DNA of 64,000 nt from Longimicrobiales bacterium (lineage in GTDB: Bacteria; Gemmatimonadota; Gemmatimonadetes; Longimicrobiales; Gaopeijiaceae). Location of the stretch: NCBI GenBank assembly GCA_965202985.1, contig CBDBCF010000001.1, positions 1,344,001-1,408,000 of the forward strand, written 5' to 3'. The translations under genes were made by a program, and so were the position numbers. The notes beneath the pieces are model-generated. The model was not told the origin of the DNA and did no database searches. It saw only the letters and a list, made by a program, of their open reading frames with translations. Positions 36,111-46,988 of this stretch are shown one piece after another (position 1 is the first letter of the stretch; every line of letters starts with the position of its first letter).

Positions 36111-37585
36111 GGAGACCTCCCCGCCTTGTTGGCAAGCACGATCCCTATCCGTATCAACTTGATGCTGTGCGGGCAATCAGAGGGTTGGAGTACGCAGCCA
36201 TCTTCCATGAACAGGGACTCGGGAAGACGAAGATCGCCATTGATTTGATCCACTCCTGGCTGGAGCAAGATGTGGTTGACACCGTATTCGTAATCACTAA
36301 GAAGTCGTTAGTGAGAAATTGGATGGAAGAAATACGAGCGCATTCGTACTTGACCCCTAGAGTACTATCGACAGATCGGCACCATAACAGCATCGCACTG
36401 AATTCACCAGTGCTCGTCTATGTTCTGAACTACGAAGTGGTTATGGGTAATGCGGAGCTACTTCGGTCCTTCTTGGCAACATGTCGCGTGGCTGCAATCC
36501 TGGACGAGAGCCAGAAGATCAAGAACCCCGAGTCCAGGTTGGCAATATGCTTTCATGACCTTGCAGACTGCTTCGATCGTCGCATAATCATGACAGGAAC
36601 GCCAGTTGCCAATCGCCCATTTGATATTTGGTCCCAAATTAGGTTCTTGGATGGCGGAACGGCACTCGGTAGATCGTTTGCGGCCTTCAGGGCAAGCCAT
36701 GATCTACCGAACAGCGATATTGCAGGTGGCGAATATGGATCTCAGCTGGCGAGGATTATGAATAGAATTCGACAGTTTTCGGTACGGGACACCAAGAGAT
36801 CAGCGGGCATAGAACTTCCAGACAAGACGATCCTCAGTCATCGGGTCGCTTTGGCACCAAGACAGAGAGAGGTGTACGGTGCATATCGAGACCGGCTACG
36901 GCACGACGTATTGGTAGAAGACGGTGAAATGAGGATCGACAGTGCCGAAGAGCTTCTCAAATTGTTGTTGCGGCTCGTTCAATGTGCATCCAATCCGGTC
37001 TTGGTCGACCCGACTTATGATGAGAAGCCGGGCAAGTACAGTAAGCTGAAGGAGATTGTTGGCAGTAGCGATGAAGATGGCAAGGTAATAGTTTGGAGTA
37101 ATTTTGTGGATAATGTAGAATGGTTGGCGAAAGCATTTCAGGACTATCGGCCAACGATTGTTCATGGGCGAATGGCTCTTAGGGACAGAGATCGAGCAGT
37201 AGCGACGTTCAAACATAACGATCGCTGTCGGCTACTTGTTGCCACTCCCGGTGCCGCCAAGGAGGGACTGACACTTACAGTAGCCAATCAAGCGGTGTTT
37301 TATGACCGGAGCTTTAGTCTGGATGACTACATTCAGGCTCAGGACAGGATACATCGCATATCTCAGGTGCGGACCTGCTTTGTTCATAATATGATAGCAG
37401 ACGGTACCATCGACGAGTGGGTTGACCTCTTGCTGAACGCGAAACACCAAGCGGCCCAACTGGCGCAAGGGGACATTGATGAGGCGGAGTTTGGAGCCGC
37501 TTTTGCGTACAACCTACACGAGGCATTGCGGGACATCTTGGCTCCGTCAGAGGGATTAGACGGAACGAAGGACGTCTTTGGGTGA
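36095..37585 (+). CDS. Minimal SNF2/SWI2-family SF2 helicase
   Basis: PYPYQ (Q motif), HEQGLGKT (I), ILDESQKIKN (II), MTGTP (III), KVIVWSNF (IV), AAKEGLTLT (V), QAQDRIHRISQ (VI). Confidence 0.92.
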   Translation: MAFALRRPPRLVGKHDPYPYQLDAVRAIRGLEYAAIFHEQGLGKTKIAIDLIHSWLEQDVVDTVFVITKKSLVRNWMEEIRAHSYLTPRVLSTDRHHNSIALNSPVLVYVLNYEVVMGNAELLRSFLATCRVAAILDESQKIKNPESRLAICFHDLADCFDRRIIMTGTPVANRPFDIWSQIRFLDGGTALGRSFAAFRASHDLPNSDIAGGEYGSQLARIMNRIRQFSVRDTKRSAGIELPDKTILSHRVALAPRQREVYGAYRDRLRHDVLVEDGEMRIDSAEELLKLLLRLVQCASNPVLVDPTYDEKPGKYSKLKEIVGSSDEDGKVIVWSNFVDNVEWLAKAFQDYRPTIVHGRMALRDRDRAVATFKHNDRCRLLVATPGAAKEGLTLTVANQAVFYDRSFSLDDYIQAQDRIHRISQVRTCFVHNMIADGTIDEWVDLLLNAKHQAAQLAQGDIDEAEFGAAFAYNLHEALRDILAPSEGLDGTKDVFG

Positions 37586-37904
37586 CCTGCTCCGCCACAT
37601 CTCATCCTTGAATCCTCGGCCCCCAGCGGCAACCGCGCGGGGCCAGGAGCCCGTGGAACATTAGCCCGTCCTTTGTTGTTTGGAGGTTGAGGGGGGCGGG
37701 TAGATTGGGATGGGGATACCGCCGTCGATGCCGGGGGGGCAGAGGGGTCAAGCGACAACATAGATGAAGCTGTCGGAGGCGTCCGTGGTTAATGTCGAGG
37801 GGGTTCGGGCGCGAGGCTTGTCCTGTGGTTTGGAGTCGGGCCGTCGGTGATCGTGGAGCGGGGTCCAGCTAGTTCAGTGCCTTCCCGAACGAGGAAAAGC
37901 ACTG

Positions 37905-39107
<1,203 letters not shown>

Positions 39108-39111
<4 letters not shown>

Positions 39112-39883
39112 GCCCCGAGCAGCCCTTCGTCGGGGAACGGCGCCGAGGTCGACTGCATGCTCAAGGAACTGCACATGCCCACCATGAAGGACCTGTGGCG
39201 GCCGTTCGCCGACCGGGCCGAGCGCGAACGCTGGTCGCTCGACAACTTCGACTTCGGCCGCCTGCCGGACTGTCCGAACGCTTGGTCCGCGGCCTCGCCA
39301 ACGGAGGCGACTGGATCGACGACGGCCACAACGTCGTCGTCCTCGGCCCGCCCGGCACCGGCAAGAGCCATCTCGCCGCCGGCATCGGCCTCGCCCTCGT
39401 CGAGCGCGGCTACCGCGTCCTCTACGCCCGAGCCACCGACCTCGTGCGGAAGCTCCAAGCCGCACGCCGCGACCTCGCCCTCGAGGCCGGGATCCGACGA
39501 CTCCACAAGTTCCACCTCGTTGTCCTCGACGACATCGCATACGTCGACAACGGACCGCGACGAGACCAGCGCGCTCTTTCGAACTCGTCGGCACGCGCTA
39601 CGAGTACCGCTCGCTCTTGGTCACCACCAACCAGCCGTTCAGCGCATGGGAGCGCATCTTCGCCGACAAGGCCATGACGGTCGCCGCCGTCGACCACCTC
39701 GTCCACCACGCCCACGTCCTCACGCTCGAAGGCGAGAGCTGCCGCCGACAAGAAAAAAGCCGCACGGCTACCCCCGCACAGCACGCCGGCACCACCGACG
39801 ACGACGCGGGCCGTCCCCGAACGCGCCTTCACAGCCCGCCTGGTGACGCTGCCCCCCGCCGCGACAGGGCGGAAGTCCGTTGA
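39108..39883 (+). pseudogene. istB: IS21 helper ATPase, frameshifted and internally deleted
   Basis: MLKELHMPTM; NVVVLGPPGTGKSHLAAG (Walker A); LVVLDDIAY (Walker B); VTTNQPFSAW..IF.DKAMTVAAVDHLVHH. Confidence 0.85.
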
Positions 39884-40344
39884 ACGGCCCCGAATCCGGG
39901 GGTACCACAGGTCGGGTCCGGTCGAATTCTACCTCTAGACGGCCACCAGCAGCCTCAAAACCCGGCCAAGACCGGCCAACTCCTCCGGGGTCACGCCCCT
40001 TCGTCGGCTGTGTGCCACCTCCGAGACCCCGTTCCGCAACCGCCCAAGCCCTCGCCTTGACCCGCTCCCCTTCCGCTACCATCGTTCCCGTCACACGATC
40101 CCGACGGTCTCATCTTGATTGTCGCCAGGGTTTCATTCTGATTGTCGCTCTAGACAGCCTTTGGGTCGTGCGTAAGTCAGTCATCCGTAACGACTTATGA
40201 CTCCCGCGGCGTGAAGTTTCGTCTGGCGGGCTCAGGCGCAGTGAACGATCGCTAACCCATCGTCCACGGATCAGGTCCTGCTCCCAACCGGCGGCGGGCG
40301 GTTTTGGCGACCCCCCTTTAAGAAGGTGCCTGACGCCTTCAGGG

Positions 40345-40373
40345 TTGCTTGGAGCCTTCGGCTACGTTAGAGT
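40345..40373 (+). promoter_or_regulatory. Putative sigma70 promoter of the ParB-rSAM-GHKL module
   Basis: TTGCTT-N17-TAGAGT, about 140 nt upstream of ATG 40512. Confidence 0.45.
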
Positions 40374-40511
40374 GTTGACCGTCCGACACTCCTTCCATCC
40401 TCCGGCAAGGCAAGCCGACCTAACAGGTGCCTTTCATCTTCTCGTCAATCATCCTGTCGAGACGCCGGCTCCCCGGGCCGTCTGGCGCCTTTACTTGAAA
40501 CAGCTCACTCC

Positions 40512-41519
40512 ATGACCCAACCAGAAATTACGATCCACAGCACAAGGATACCCTGCACGGACGACAAATGGCGAACTGACCGGCTGGTCTTCCTGAGCGA
40601 AAACCCGCGCGTCTATTCCTCCATTGCTGACATTCCTGACTTCGACGACCTGCATGATGACCAGAAGCAACAGGTGATCTATCGTCAGCTGCTCAAAGAA
40701 CGGAGCGTCAGGACGCTGATTCCAGACATTCGTGATAACGGCGGCTTGATCGAACCAATTCTCGTGCGTGCCGACACACGAGAAGTTGTCGAGGGTAATT
40801 CCCGTCTCGCTGCCTACAGGCACCTGTATAGCGAATCCAAAGACGAAAAATGGAATACTATTCCCTGCCGACTCGTATCAAGCCTCACCGATGACCAGCT
40901 AGCAGCGCTGCTTCACTCTATACATGTCAAAGGCAAGACGTCCTGGACAACGTATGAGAAGGCCCACTTTACCTATCTCCAACACAAGAAGGGCAAGAGA
41001 ATCGAAGATATCGCAAAGCTGTTTTCGATATCAACATCGAAGGCCTATCAGGATGTCCGGATTATAAAAGCGATGAAAGAGAACAGTGACTCCGATCGTG
41101 CGCACTTCAGCTACTACAGCGTACTCAAGACAAGCTTGAGGAAGGAACTCCGGGACAACACCCAGCTGGAGTCTGCACTCTTGTCGATGATTCGGCGTCC
41201 TGACGACGGTGGCGATCACCATCCGCCATTTACAGCCCAGAACCTACGCGACCAACTGCCAGTGGTACTTCGGAAGCCCAAGATTCTACGCAAGTTCGTG
41301 AAAGGGGAGATCACCCTTGACACCGCTCATGACAGAGCCAAAATCAGCGATACTCAGTCTAAAATGAAGCGAGTTCGTGGACTTCTTAATGACGTGACGC
41401 ACGAGGAGCTACGAGAACTTGGTCAACCAGCCAAGAAAGCCGTTGACTACGAGTGCCGCAAGGTACAGAAGGAGCTCTCCCGCATCCAGAAAATGCTCGC
41501 CAAGATGATGTCCTCATGA
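40512..41519 (+). CDS. ParB/Srx-like N-terminal domain protein (copy 2)
   Basis: FLSENPRV, DIRDNGGLIEPILV, VVEGNSRLAAY, SWTTYEKA, then an HTH-like IEDIAKLFSIS segment. Confidence 0.82.
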   Translation: MTQPEITIHSTRIPCTDDKWRTDRLVFLSENPRVYSSIADIPDFDDLHDDQKQQVIYRQLLKERSVRTLIPDIRDNGGLIEPILVRADTREVVEGNSRLAAYRHLYSESKDEKWNTIPCRLVSSLTDDQLAALLHSIHVKGKTSWTTYEKAHFTYLQHKKGKRIEDIAKLFSISTSKAYQDVRIIKAMKENSDSDRAHFSYYSVLKTSLRKELRDNTQLESALLSMIRRPDDGGDHHPPFTAQNLRDQLPVVLRKPKILRKFVKGEITLDTAHDRAKISDTQSKMKRVRGLLNDVTHEELRELGQPAKKAVDYECRKVQKELSRIQKMLAKMMSS

Positions 41520-43141
41520 GTGGTCATCGCATCCTGCTTGTAGAACCCGGATACAGAAACAAGTACCCACCGCTTGGCCTGATGAAGATAGCCGCGTATC
41601 ACGGACTCGAAGGCCGTGGGGATACGGTTAGATTTGTAAAAGGCGAGAACTCAGAAGTACTTGCTGAGGTCTGGGATCGAGTATACGTTACAACGTTGTT
41701 TAGTTTTGAATGGACCCGGACAGCACGAGCGATCGATTTTGCAATCCGAGCCGCTGGTGGCCAAAACGAACGGGTATTTGTGGGCGGTATTGCGGCATCT
41801 TTGATGCATGACGATTATGTGTCAGAACCTCGATGGTCGGGCGTTAGATTTGTTAAAGGATTGCTAGACGGTCCTCCCGCGACCGCCTTAATGTTGTCGG
41901 AAGACAACTGTGATTTTGGCGCGGACGACGTATCGAGTCTGCCAATAGAAAGAAACGTGCCAGATTACGGAATACTAGACCACATCGAATACAAGTACCC
42001 CGTACACGATGCCTACTTTGGTTACGCTTCGCGCGGATGCGTCCGAAAATGCTCCTTTTGCGGCGTTCCGGCGTTGGAAGGTGGACTTCGAGAGATGCCG
42101 CCGCTTTCGAACCTAGTGCACGGAATCGCGCAGGTACATGGACCCAAGAAGGATCTGATATTGATGGACAATAATGTCACAGCATCTTCCCGATACAAAG
42201 AGATTATCGCTGAAATCAGGGACCTGGGCTTTGTCCGTGGTGCCCGGGTAGAGGCTAACGGCACGAAGCCAGCCGTCAAGCGGCGGGTGGACTTTAATCA
42301 GGGCGTAGATGCCCGTATTCTGGCGAAATCTCCGATGTACCTTCGAGAAATGGCTACGATATGCATTGATCCGCTGAGGATCGCCTTTGATCATCTAGGC
42401 GTTCGGAGAGTCTATGAGACGGCAATAAACATGGCGGCAGATAACGGTATTACGTCTCTGTCCAACTATATGCTCTACAATTTTATGGATACACCAATTG
42501 ACTTGTACACACGAATGGCTTTGAACATTCAACTTAATGAGAGTCTTGGAATTCGCATCTGGTCGTTTCCGATGCGATATCAGCCGGTTACGCTTCGGGA
42601 TCGTTCTCACGTCGGCAAGAACTGGAATTGGTATTACCTCCGTTCATTTCAGATTATGCTACAAGCTACTCACGGAGTTGTGAGTGGCAACCCAGCATTC
42701 TTTCGCCGAGCTTTCGGGGAAGACCAAGATCGCTTTCTCGAACTTCTTGGAATGCCGCACGCGTTTATTTTCTTCCGAGAATACTACGAGGCTGGCGGCG
42801 GCACGGCGGTGCGAGAAGAATATGAGGCATTGCGTAAACGGCTGACGTCTAGTCAGCGGAAGGAATTGCTTGGCATGGTGCTTGGCCAACATGTGCATCG
42901 AGGCCGTGACGAGTTTCTCAGAAGAACGAAGGATCGACAAATTGACCGTCAAGTGAGAAAGATCTTACGTTTTTATGCGCTGGACACCAAAGAACGATCC
43001 AAGCTCGAGGGTCAGAAAATTTTGGCAGACACTGAAGACCTAGCGCCCGGCATGCCGGATGCAGAACGCAGGGTCGAGGACGCAGGGTTGTACGACGACG
43101 GACCGGCAACCGGTGGTCGCCTAGTTGCGTTAGCGACATGA
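41516..43141 (+). CDS. Radical SAM enzyme with a B12-binding-like N-terminal Rossmannoid domain
   Basis: RILLVEP..NKYPPLGLMKIAAYH; ASRGCVRKCSFC (CxxxCxxC); LMDNN, VDFNQGVDAR, LRIAFD, YMLYNF.DTP.DLY.R, FPMRYQP. ATGA overlap with ParB-2. Confidence 0.88.
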   Translation: MSGHRILLVEPGYRNKYPPLGLMKIAAYHGLEGRGDTVRFVKGENSEVLAEVWDRVYVTTLFSFEWTRTARAIDFAIRAAGGQNERVFVGGIAASLMHDDYVSEPRWSGVRFVKGLLDGPPATALMLSEDNCDFGADDVSSLPIERNVPDYGILDHIEYKYPVHDAYFGYASRGCVRKCSFCGVPALEGGLREMPPLSNLVHGIAQVHGPKKDLILMDNNVTASSRYKEIIAEIRDLGFVRGARVEANGTKPAVKRRVDFNQGVDARILAKSPMYLREMATICIDPLRIAFDHLGVRRVYETAINMAADNGITSLSNYMLYNFMDTPIDLYTRMALNIQLNESLGIRIWSFPMRYQPVTLRDRSHVGKNWNWYYLRSFQIMLQATHGVVSGNPAFFRRAFGEDQDRFLELLGMPHAFIFFREYYEAGGGTAVREEYEALRKRLTSSQRKELLGMVLGQHVHRGRDEFLRRTKDRQIDRQVRKILRFYALDTKERSKLEGQKILADTEDLAPGMPDAERRVEDAGLYDDGPATGGRLVALAT

Positions 43142-43142
43142 G

Positions 43143-44675
43143 GTGCAAGCGTTGGCACGGCTAGAGATCGAACGATACGTCGGCTCCTCGGAGCCGGTTT
43201 TGGGTGATCAGGTCCTTGGGATCATTACTTCTGCAATGTACGACAGTCCCTTGGCGGTGTATCGGGAGTATATTCAGAATTCCGCTGACGCATTGGCTAG
43301 TTTGGATTTGCGTAGCCGGGGAGCGGTAGACGTGTCAGTCGACCCGCGTCGACAGCGCATTGAGATTCGTGATAACGGCCCCGGACTGTCCGAAGAAATG
43401 GCCGTTCGTACTTTAGTGCCGATTGCGACTAGCCGAAAGCGGCAAGAAGGCGGCCGGGGGTTTCGGGGCATAGGTAGGTTGTGTGGCTTAGCGTTCGCGG
43501 AGTCGGTTACGTTCCGTACGCGGGCAGACGGTGCCCAGGACGTAACGCAGATCAAGTGGAGCGGACCGGAACTCCGGGCTCATATAGGACGAACTGGGCA
43601 TACGGCGCATTCGGTGCGAGAGTGCGTAGAAGTAACGACAGAGGCCGGGGATGGGTTTCCCGAGCATTTTTTTTCGGCGACCGTGGAGGGGGTGCATCGG
43701 CATGCAGCTGGAGCTCTGCTGAATCGCGAAACGGTTCGGGCATACATAGGCGAGGTATGCCCAGTGCCAATCGCCGAGTCATTTCCTTTTGTGGCGGATG
43801 TCAGGAGATTGTTTGCTGATGGTGAGACGCCCCTAGCGCTGACAGTATCGTTGACCAAAGATGCGAGACCGATTTGTCGACCGCTAGGGAAAGAGCTGCG
43901 TCTCTCAATGCATCGTGTTGATCGCTTTAGAGATTTTGAGGAGATTCGGATATCGTCGCTCGATAAGGCTACGATTGCGGCAGTCGGATGGATTGCTCAT
44001 TCGTCATATATGGGTGCGTTGCCGAAGAGGTTGGGCATTAGGGGCATGCGAGTCCGTGCCGGGAACATTCAGATCGGTGGTGAGGACGTATTTGACCATC
44101 TTTTTGATCAGGAACGCTTTAATCGGTGGTGTGTAGGTGAGATTCATGTTACGGATAGTCGAATTGTACCAAATGGTCGCCGGGATTATTTTGAAGCAAG
44201 TCCACATCTGAGGAATCTAGAGAATCACCTGTCGGTCTTATTCCGAAACATTACGGCACGGTGCCGCCTAGCATCCAAGAAACGTAATCGTATGCGGAGA
44301 TTTGAGGCAGACGTGGACAACATCGAAAATTGGTATCGTCTTGTGGCATCGGGGTGGCTTGCTCAGAATGAAGCATTAAAGTTAGCTATCAAGGTTCGAG
44401 AACAAGCGAGTCGGCTAGCGGAGAAGATTGAGGCATTAGACCGAGGGGCCGGGAACGTAGCAACCAGACTTCGAGCAGTCACAGATGATCTACGGGATTT
44501 CAACGGACCCAGTCAACGGCCGTTAGTGCCCATGACGAAAGCGGAACAACGAGCGTACCAACGCGCATTTCTTGCGATCATTGAGGCGACGAACTCGCCG
44601 CGGACGGCACTGAGGGCAATTGAAGCTGTGGTTGATAGAATGGGATCGGAGGAGAGGCGGAGGAGAAAGGTGTAG
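43143..44675 (+). CDS. GHKL (Hsp90/MutL/MORC-like) ATPase with a C-terminal coiled coil
   Basis: MYDSPLAVYREYIQNSADA (N box), IRDNGPG (G1), GFRGIGRL (G2); S5-like region GMRVRAGNIQIG...VGEIHV...IVPNGRRDYFE. Starts 1 nt after the rSAM stop. Confidence 0.85.
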   Translation: MQALARLEIERYVGSSEPVLGDQVLGIITSAMYDSPLAVYREYIQNSADALASLDLRSRGAVDVSVDPRRQRIEIRDNGPGLSEEMAVRTLVPIATSRKRQEGGRGFRGIGRLCGLAFAESVTFRTRADGAQDVTQIKWSGPELRAHIGRTGHTAHSVRECVEVTTEAGDGFPEHFFSATVEGVHRHAAGALLNRETVRAYIGEVCPVPIAESFPFVADVRRLFADGETPLALTVSLTKDARPICRPLGKELRLSMHRVDRFRDFEEIRISSLDKATIAAVGWIAHSSYMGALPKRLGIRGMRVRAGNIQIGGEDVFDHLFDQERFNRWCVGEIHVTDSRIVPNGRRDYFEASPHLRNLENHLSVLFRNITARCRLASKKRNRMRRFEADVDNIENWYRLVASGWLAQNEALKLAIKVREQASRLAEKIEALDRGAGNVATRLRAVTDDLRDFNGPSQRPLVPMTKAEQRAYQRAFLAIIEATNSPRTALRAIEAVVDRMGSEERRRRKV

Positions 44676-45027
44676 ATTGGCATCCTCTGCTGTTTCATAT
44701 GGAGAATTGGAAATCCAGCTTGCCGCATACATCGCTCGAGATGTGCGTCTGCAGGGACATCAGATCCATCTGGTACGCTTGCACCGTTTCCGGGGCGATC
44801 CGCGACGGGTCCAGCAAGCTCGTCCGGCCACGTCCGCTTCCGGGGTCGCAGACAACTCCGGGCGGCCCGTCAGGTACGCCACGTTACCCGATTCGGAGTC
44901 GCCGAGGTGCGGGCGCTTGATCCCGGGGGGCTTGCGTACCGGCGACTGCCCGTGAACTATGGACCCAGCCACTTCGGGAGCCCTTACGGGCCCGTCTCGA
45001 TAAGTTCCTCCCAATCCTATCAGTCAA

Positions 45028-46977
45028 ATGCCGTTCGCTCTGCTATCCGTCAGGCCATCCATAGGGAGCGTCTTCCTTGGGAGCACGCTCCGAACCACCG
45101 CCCTCGCTGTAACGGCCGCTGCGTTCACCAGCACCATCACGACTTCCCTTGCGTCCCCAGCCGCCACCTCCGCCCAGACCCACCCCGTTGTCGAGAACGG
45201 CCAGGCCCAGGTCGTCCCCGCCTTTGCCGACTCGACCGCGTGGATTCGGCACGAACTCTGGGTCGAGACCGAGTTCGACACCGACGGGGACGGTCGGCTG
45301 GACCGGGTGCACGCGGACGTGACGCGACCGGCGCAGACCGACGCCGACGGGCTCAAGGTGGCCGTGGTGTACGAGACCAGCCCCTACTACTCGGGCACGG
45401 CGGGGATCGACTTCGACCACTTCTGGAACTTGCGTCAGGAGGTGGGTGAAGCGCCGCCGGAGCGGAACCCGTATCCGGCCACGATTGGCCATCGTGCCAG
45501 CCAGCCGGTCATCTCGCGGTCGCATGTGGCCACTTGGGTGCCGCGGGGATTCGCGGTCATGCACTCGCAATCGCCGGGGACGGGGCAGTCCCAGGGGTGC
45601 CCAACCGTGGGCGGGGCCAACGAGTCGCTAGCGCCCAAGGCGGTGATCGACTGGCTGAACGGGCGGGCGCGGGGCTTCTCCACGGTGGACGGGGACGAAG
45701 AGGTGGAGGCGTACTGGGCCACGGGGAAGGTCGGCATGACGGGCACGTCCTACAACGGCACGCTGCCCTTGGCGGCCGCCACGACGGGCGTGGACGGGCT
45801 CGAGGCGATCATCCCCGTGGCGCCCAACACGTCGTACTACCACTACTATCGATCCAACGGGCTGGTGCGGTCGCCGGGCGGGTACCCGGGCGAAGACATC
45901 GACGTGTTGTTCGACTTCATCTTCAGCGGCTTCCCCGAGTCGCGGGACTATTGCGTCGCCCAGGTGCGCGAGGCAGAAATGCGGCCGAACCAGGATCGAG
46001 CGACGGGCGACTACAACGACTTCTGGGCGGGGCGCGACTACCTCAACCACGTGGACGGCGTGAAGGCGGCAACGCTGATGAGCCACGCATTCAACGACTG
46101 GAACGTCATGCCCGAGCACAGCTTCCGGATCGCCGAAGCGCTGAAGGCCAACGGCGTGCCCGTGCAAGTGTACTATCACCAAGGGGGCCACGGCGGTCCG
46201 CCGCCGTTGGAGCTCATGAACCGCTGGTTCACGCGCTACGTGCTGGGCGTCGAGAACGGCGTGGAGGATGACCCGCGCGCCTGGATCGTGCGCGAAGGCG
46301 ACGACCGCGAGCAGCCCACGCCCTACGCCGCCTACCCGAACCCCGAGTCCGAAGGCGTGGCGCTGCATCCGACCGGCGACGGCAACTGGACGGGCGTGTT
46401 GTCGTTCGCCGCAGACGGAGCGGGACCGGAAGCGGACGCCGGGGCGGGGCTCGGTGCGCTGGTCGACAACTTCTCGTTCGGTGGCGGCGACTTGGCGGCA
46501 GCCGAGTGGTCGAACCACCGCCTGCTGTACGCGACTCCCGTCTTGCGCGAGGACGTGCATTTGTCGGGCGTGGCCAAAGTGCGGGTTCGGGTGGCGGCGG
46601 ACGCGGCGGCGGCCAACCTGTCCGTGTGGCTGGTGTCGTTGCCGTGGACCAACAGCGAGTCGATCAACGACGACGTGATCACGCGAGGCTGGGCCGATCC
46701 CCAGAACGCCGGCGCACAAGACATCTCGGCGCCGCGCGGCGGAAGCGACCTCGGGCCGGGCCAGTTCGTCGAGATGGAGTTCGACCTGCAGCCCGACGAC
46801 CAGATCGTTCCCGCGGGCGCCCGCATTGGCCTCATGATCTTCTCCAGCGACAAGGACTTCACGTTGCACCCCGATCCGGGCACTGCGCTGGAAGTCGACT
46901 TGAGCGGCACGAGCATCGAGTTGCCGGTCGTCGGCGGGCGTCGAGCGCTGGCGCGGGCCTTGCGGCCAGTGAGCTGA
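45028..46977 (+). CDS. Xaa-Pro dipeptidyl-peptidase (S15, PepX-like), secreted
   Basis: DTDGDGRLDRV, ETSPY, GTSYNG nucleophile, DWNV, QGGH, ITRGWADPQN. Confidence 0.9.
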   Translation: MPFALLSVRPSIGSVFLGSTLRTTALAVTAAAFTSTITTSLASPAATSAQTHPVVENGQAQVVPAFADSTAWIRHELWVETEFDTDGDGRLDRVHADVTRPAQTDADGLKVAVVYETSPYYSGTAGIDFDHFWNLRQEVGEAPPERNPYPATIGHRASQPVISRSHVATWVPRGFAVMHSQSPGTGQSQGCPTVGGANESLAPKAVIDWLNGRARGFSTVDGDEEVEAYWATGKVGMTGTSYNGTLPLAAATTGVDGLEAIIPVAPNTSYYHYYRSNGLVRSPGGYPGEDIDVLFDFIFSGFPESRDYCVAQVREAEMRPNQDRATGDYNDFWAGRDYLNHVDGVKAATLMSHAFNDWNVMPEHSFRIAEALKANGVPVQVYYHQGGHGGPPPLELMNRWFTRYVLGVENGVEDDPRAWIVREGDDREQPTPYAAYPNPESEGVALHPTGDGNWTGVLSFAADGAGPEADAGAGLGALVDNFSFGGGDLAAAEWSNHRLLYATPVLREDVHLSGVAKVRVRVAADAAAANLSVWLVSLPWTNSESINDDVITRGWADPQNAGAQDISAPRGGSDLGPGQFVEMEFDLQPDDQIVPAGARIGLMIFSSDKDFTLHPDPGTALEVDLSGTSIELPVVGGRRALARALRPVS

Positions 46978-46988
46978 CGCGGCTAGAC

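Noticed and set aside
40200..40511. Cobalamin riboswitch or retron-like ncRNA upstream of the rSAM module
   Set aside because: B12-box consensus not found and no reverse transcriptase in the window.
44676..45027. Short ORFs after the GHKL gene as a seventh component
   Set aside because: No motifs or coupling, and GC returns toward background; at most a gene remnant.
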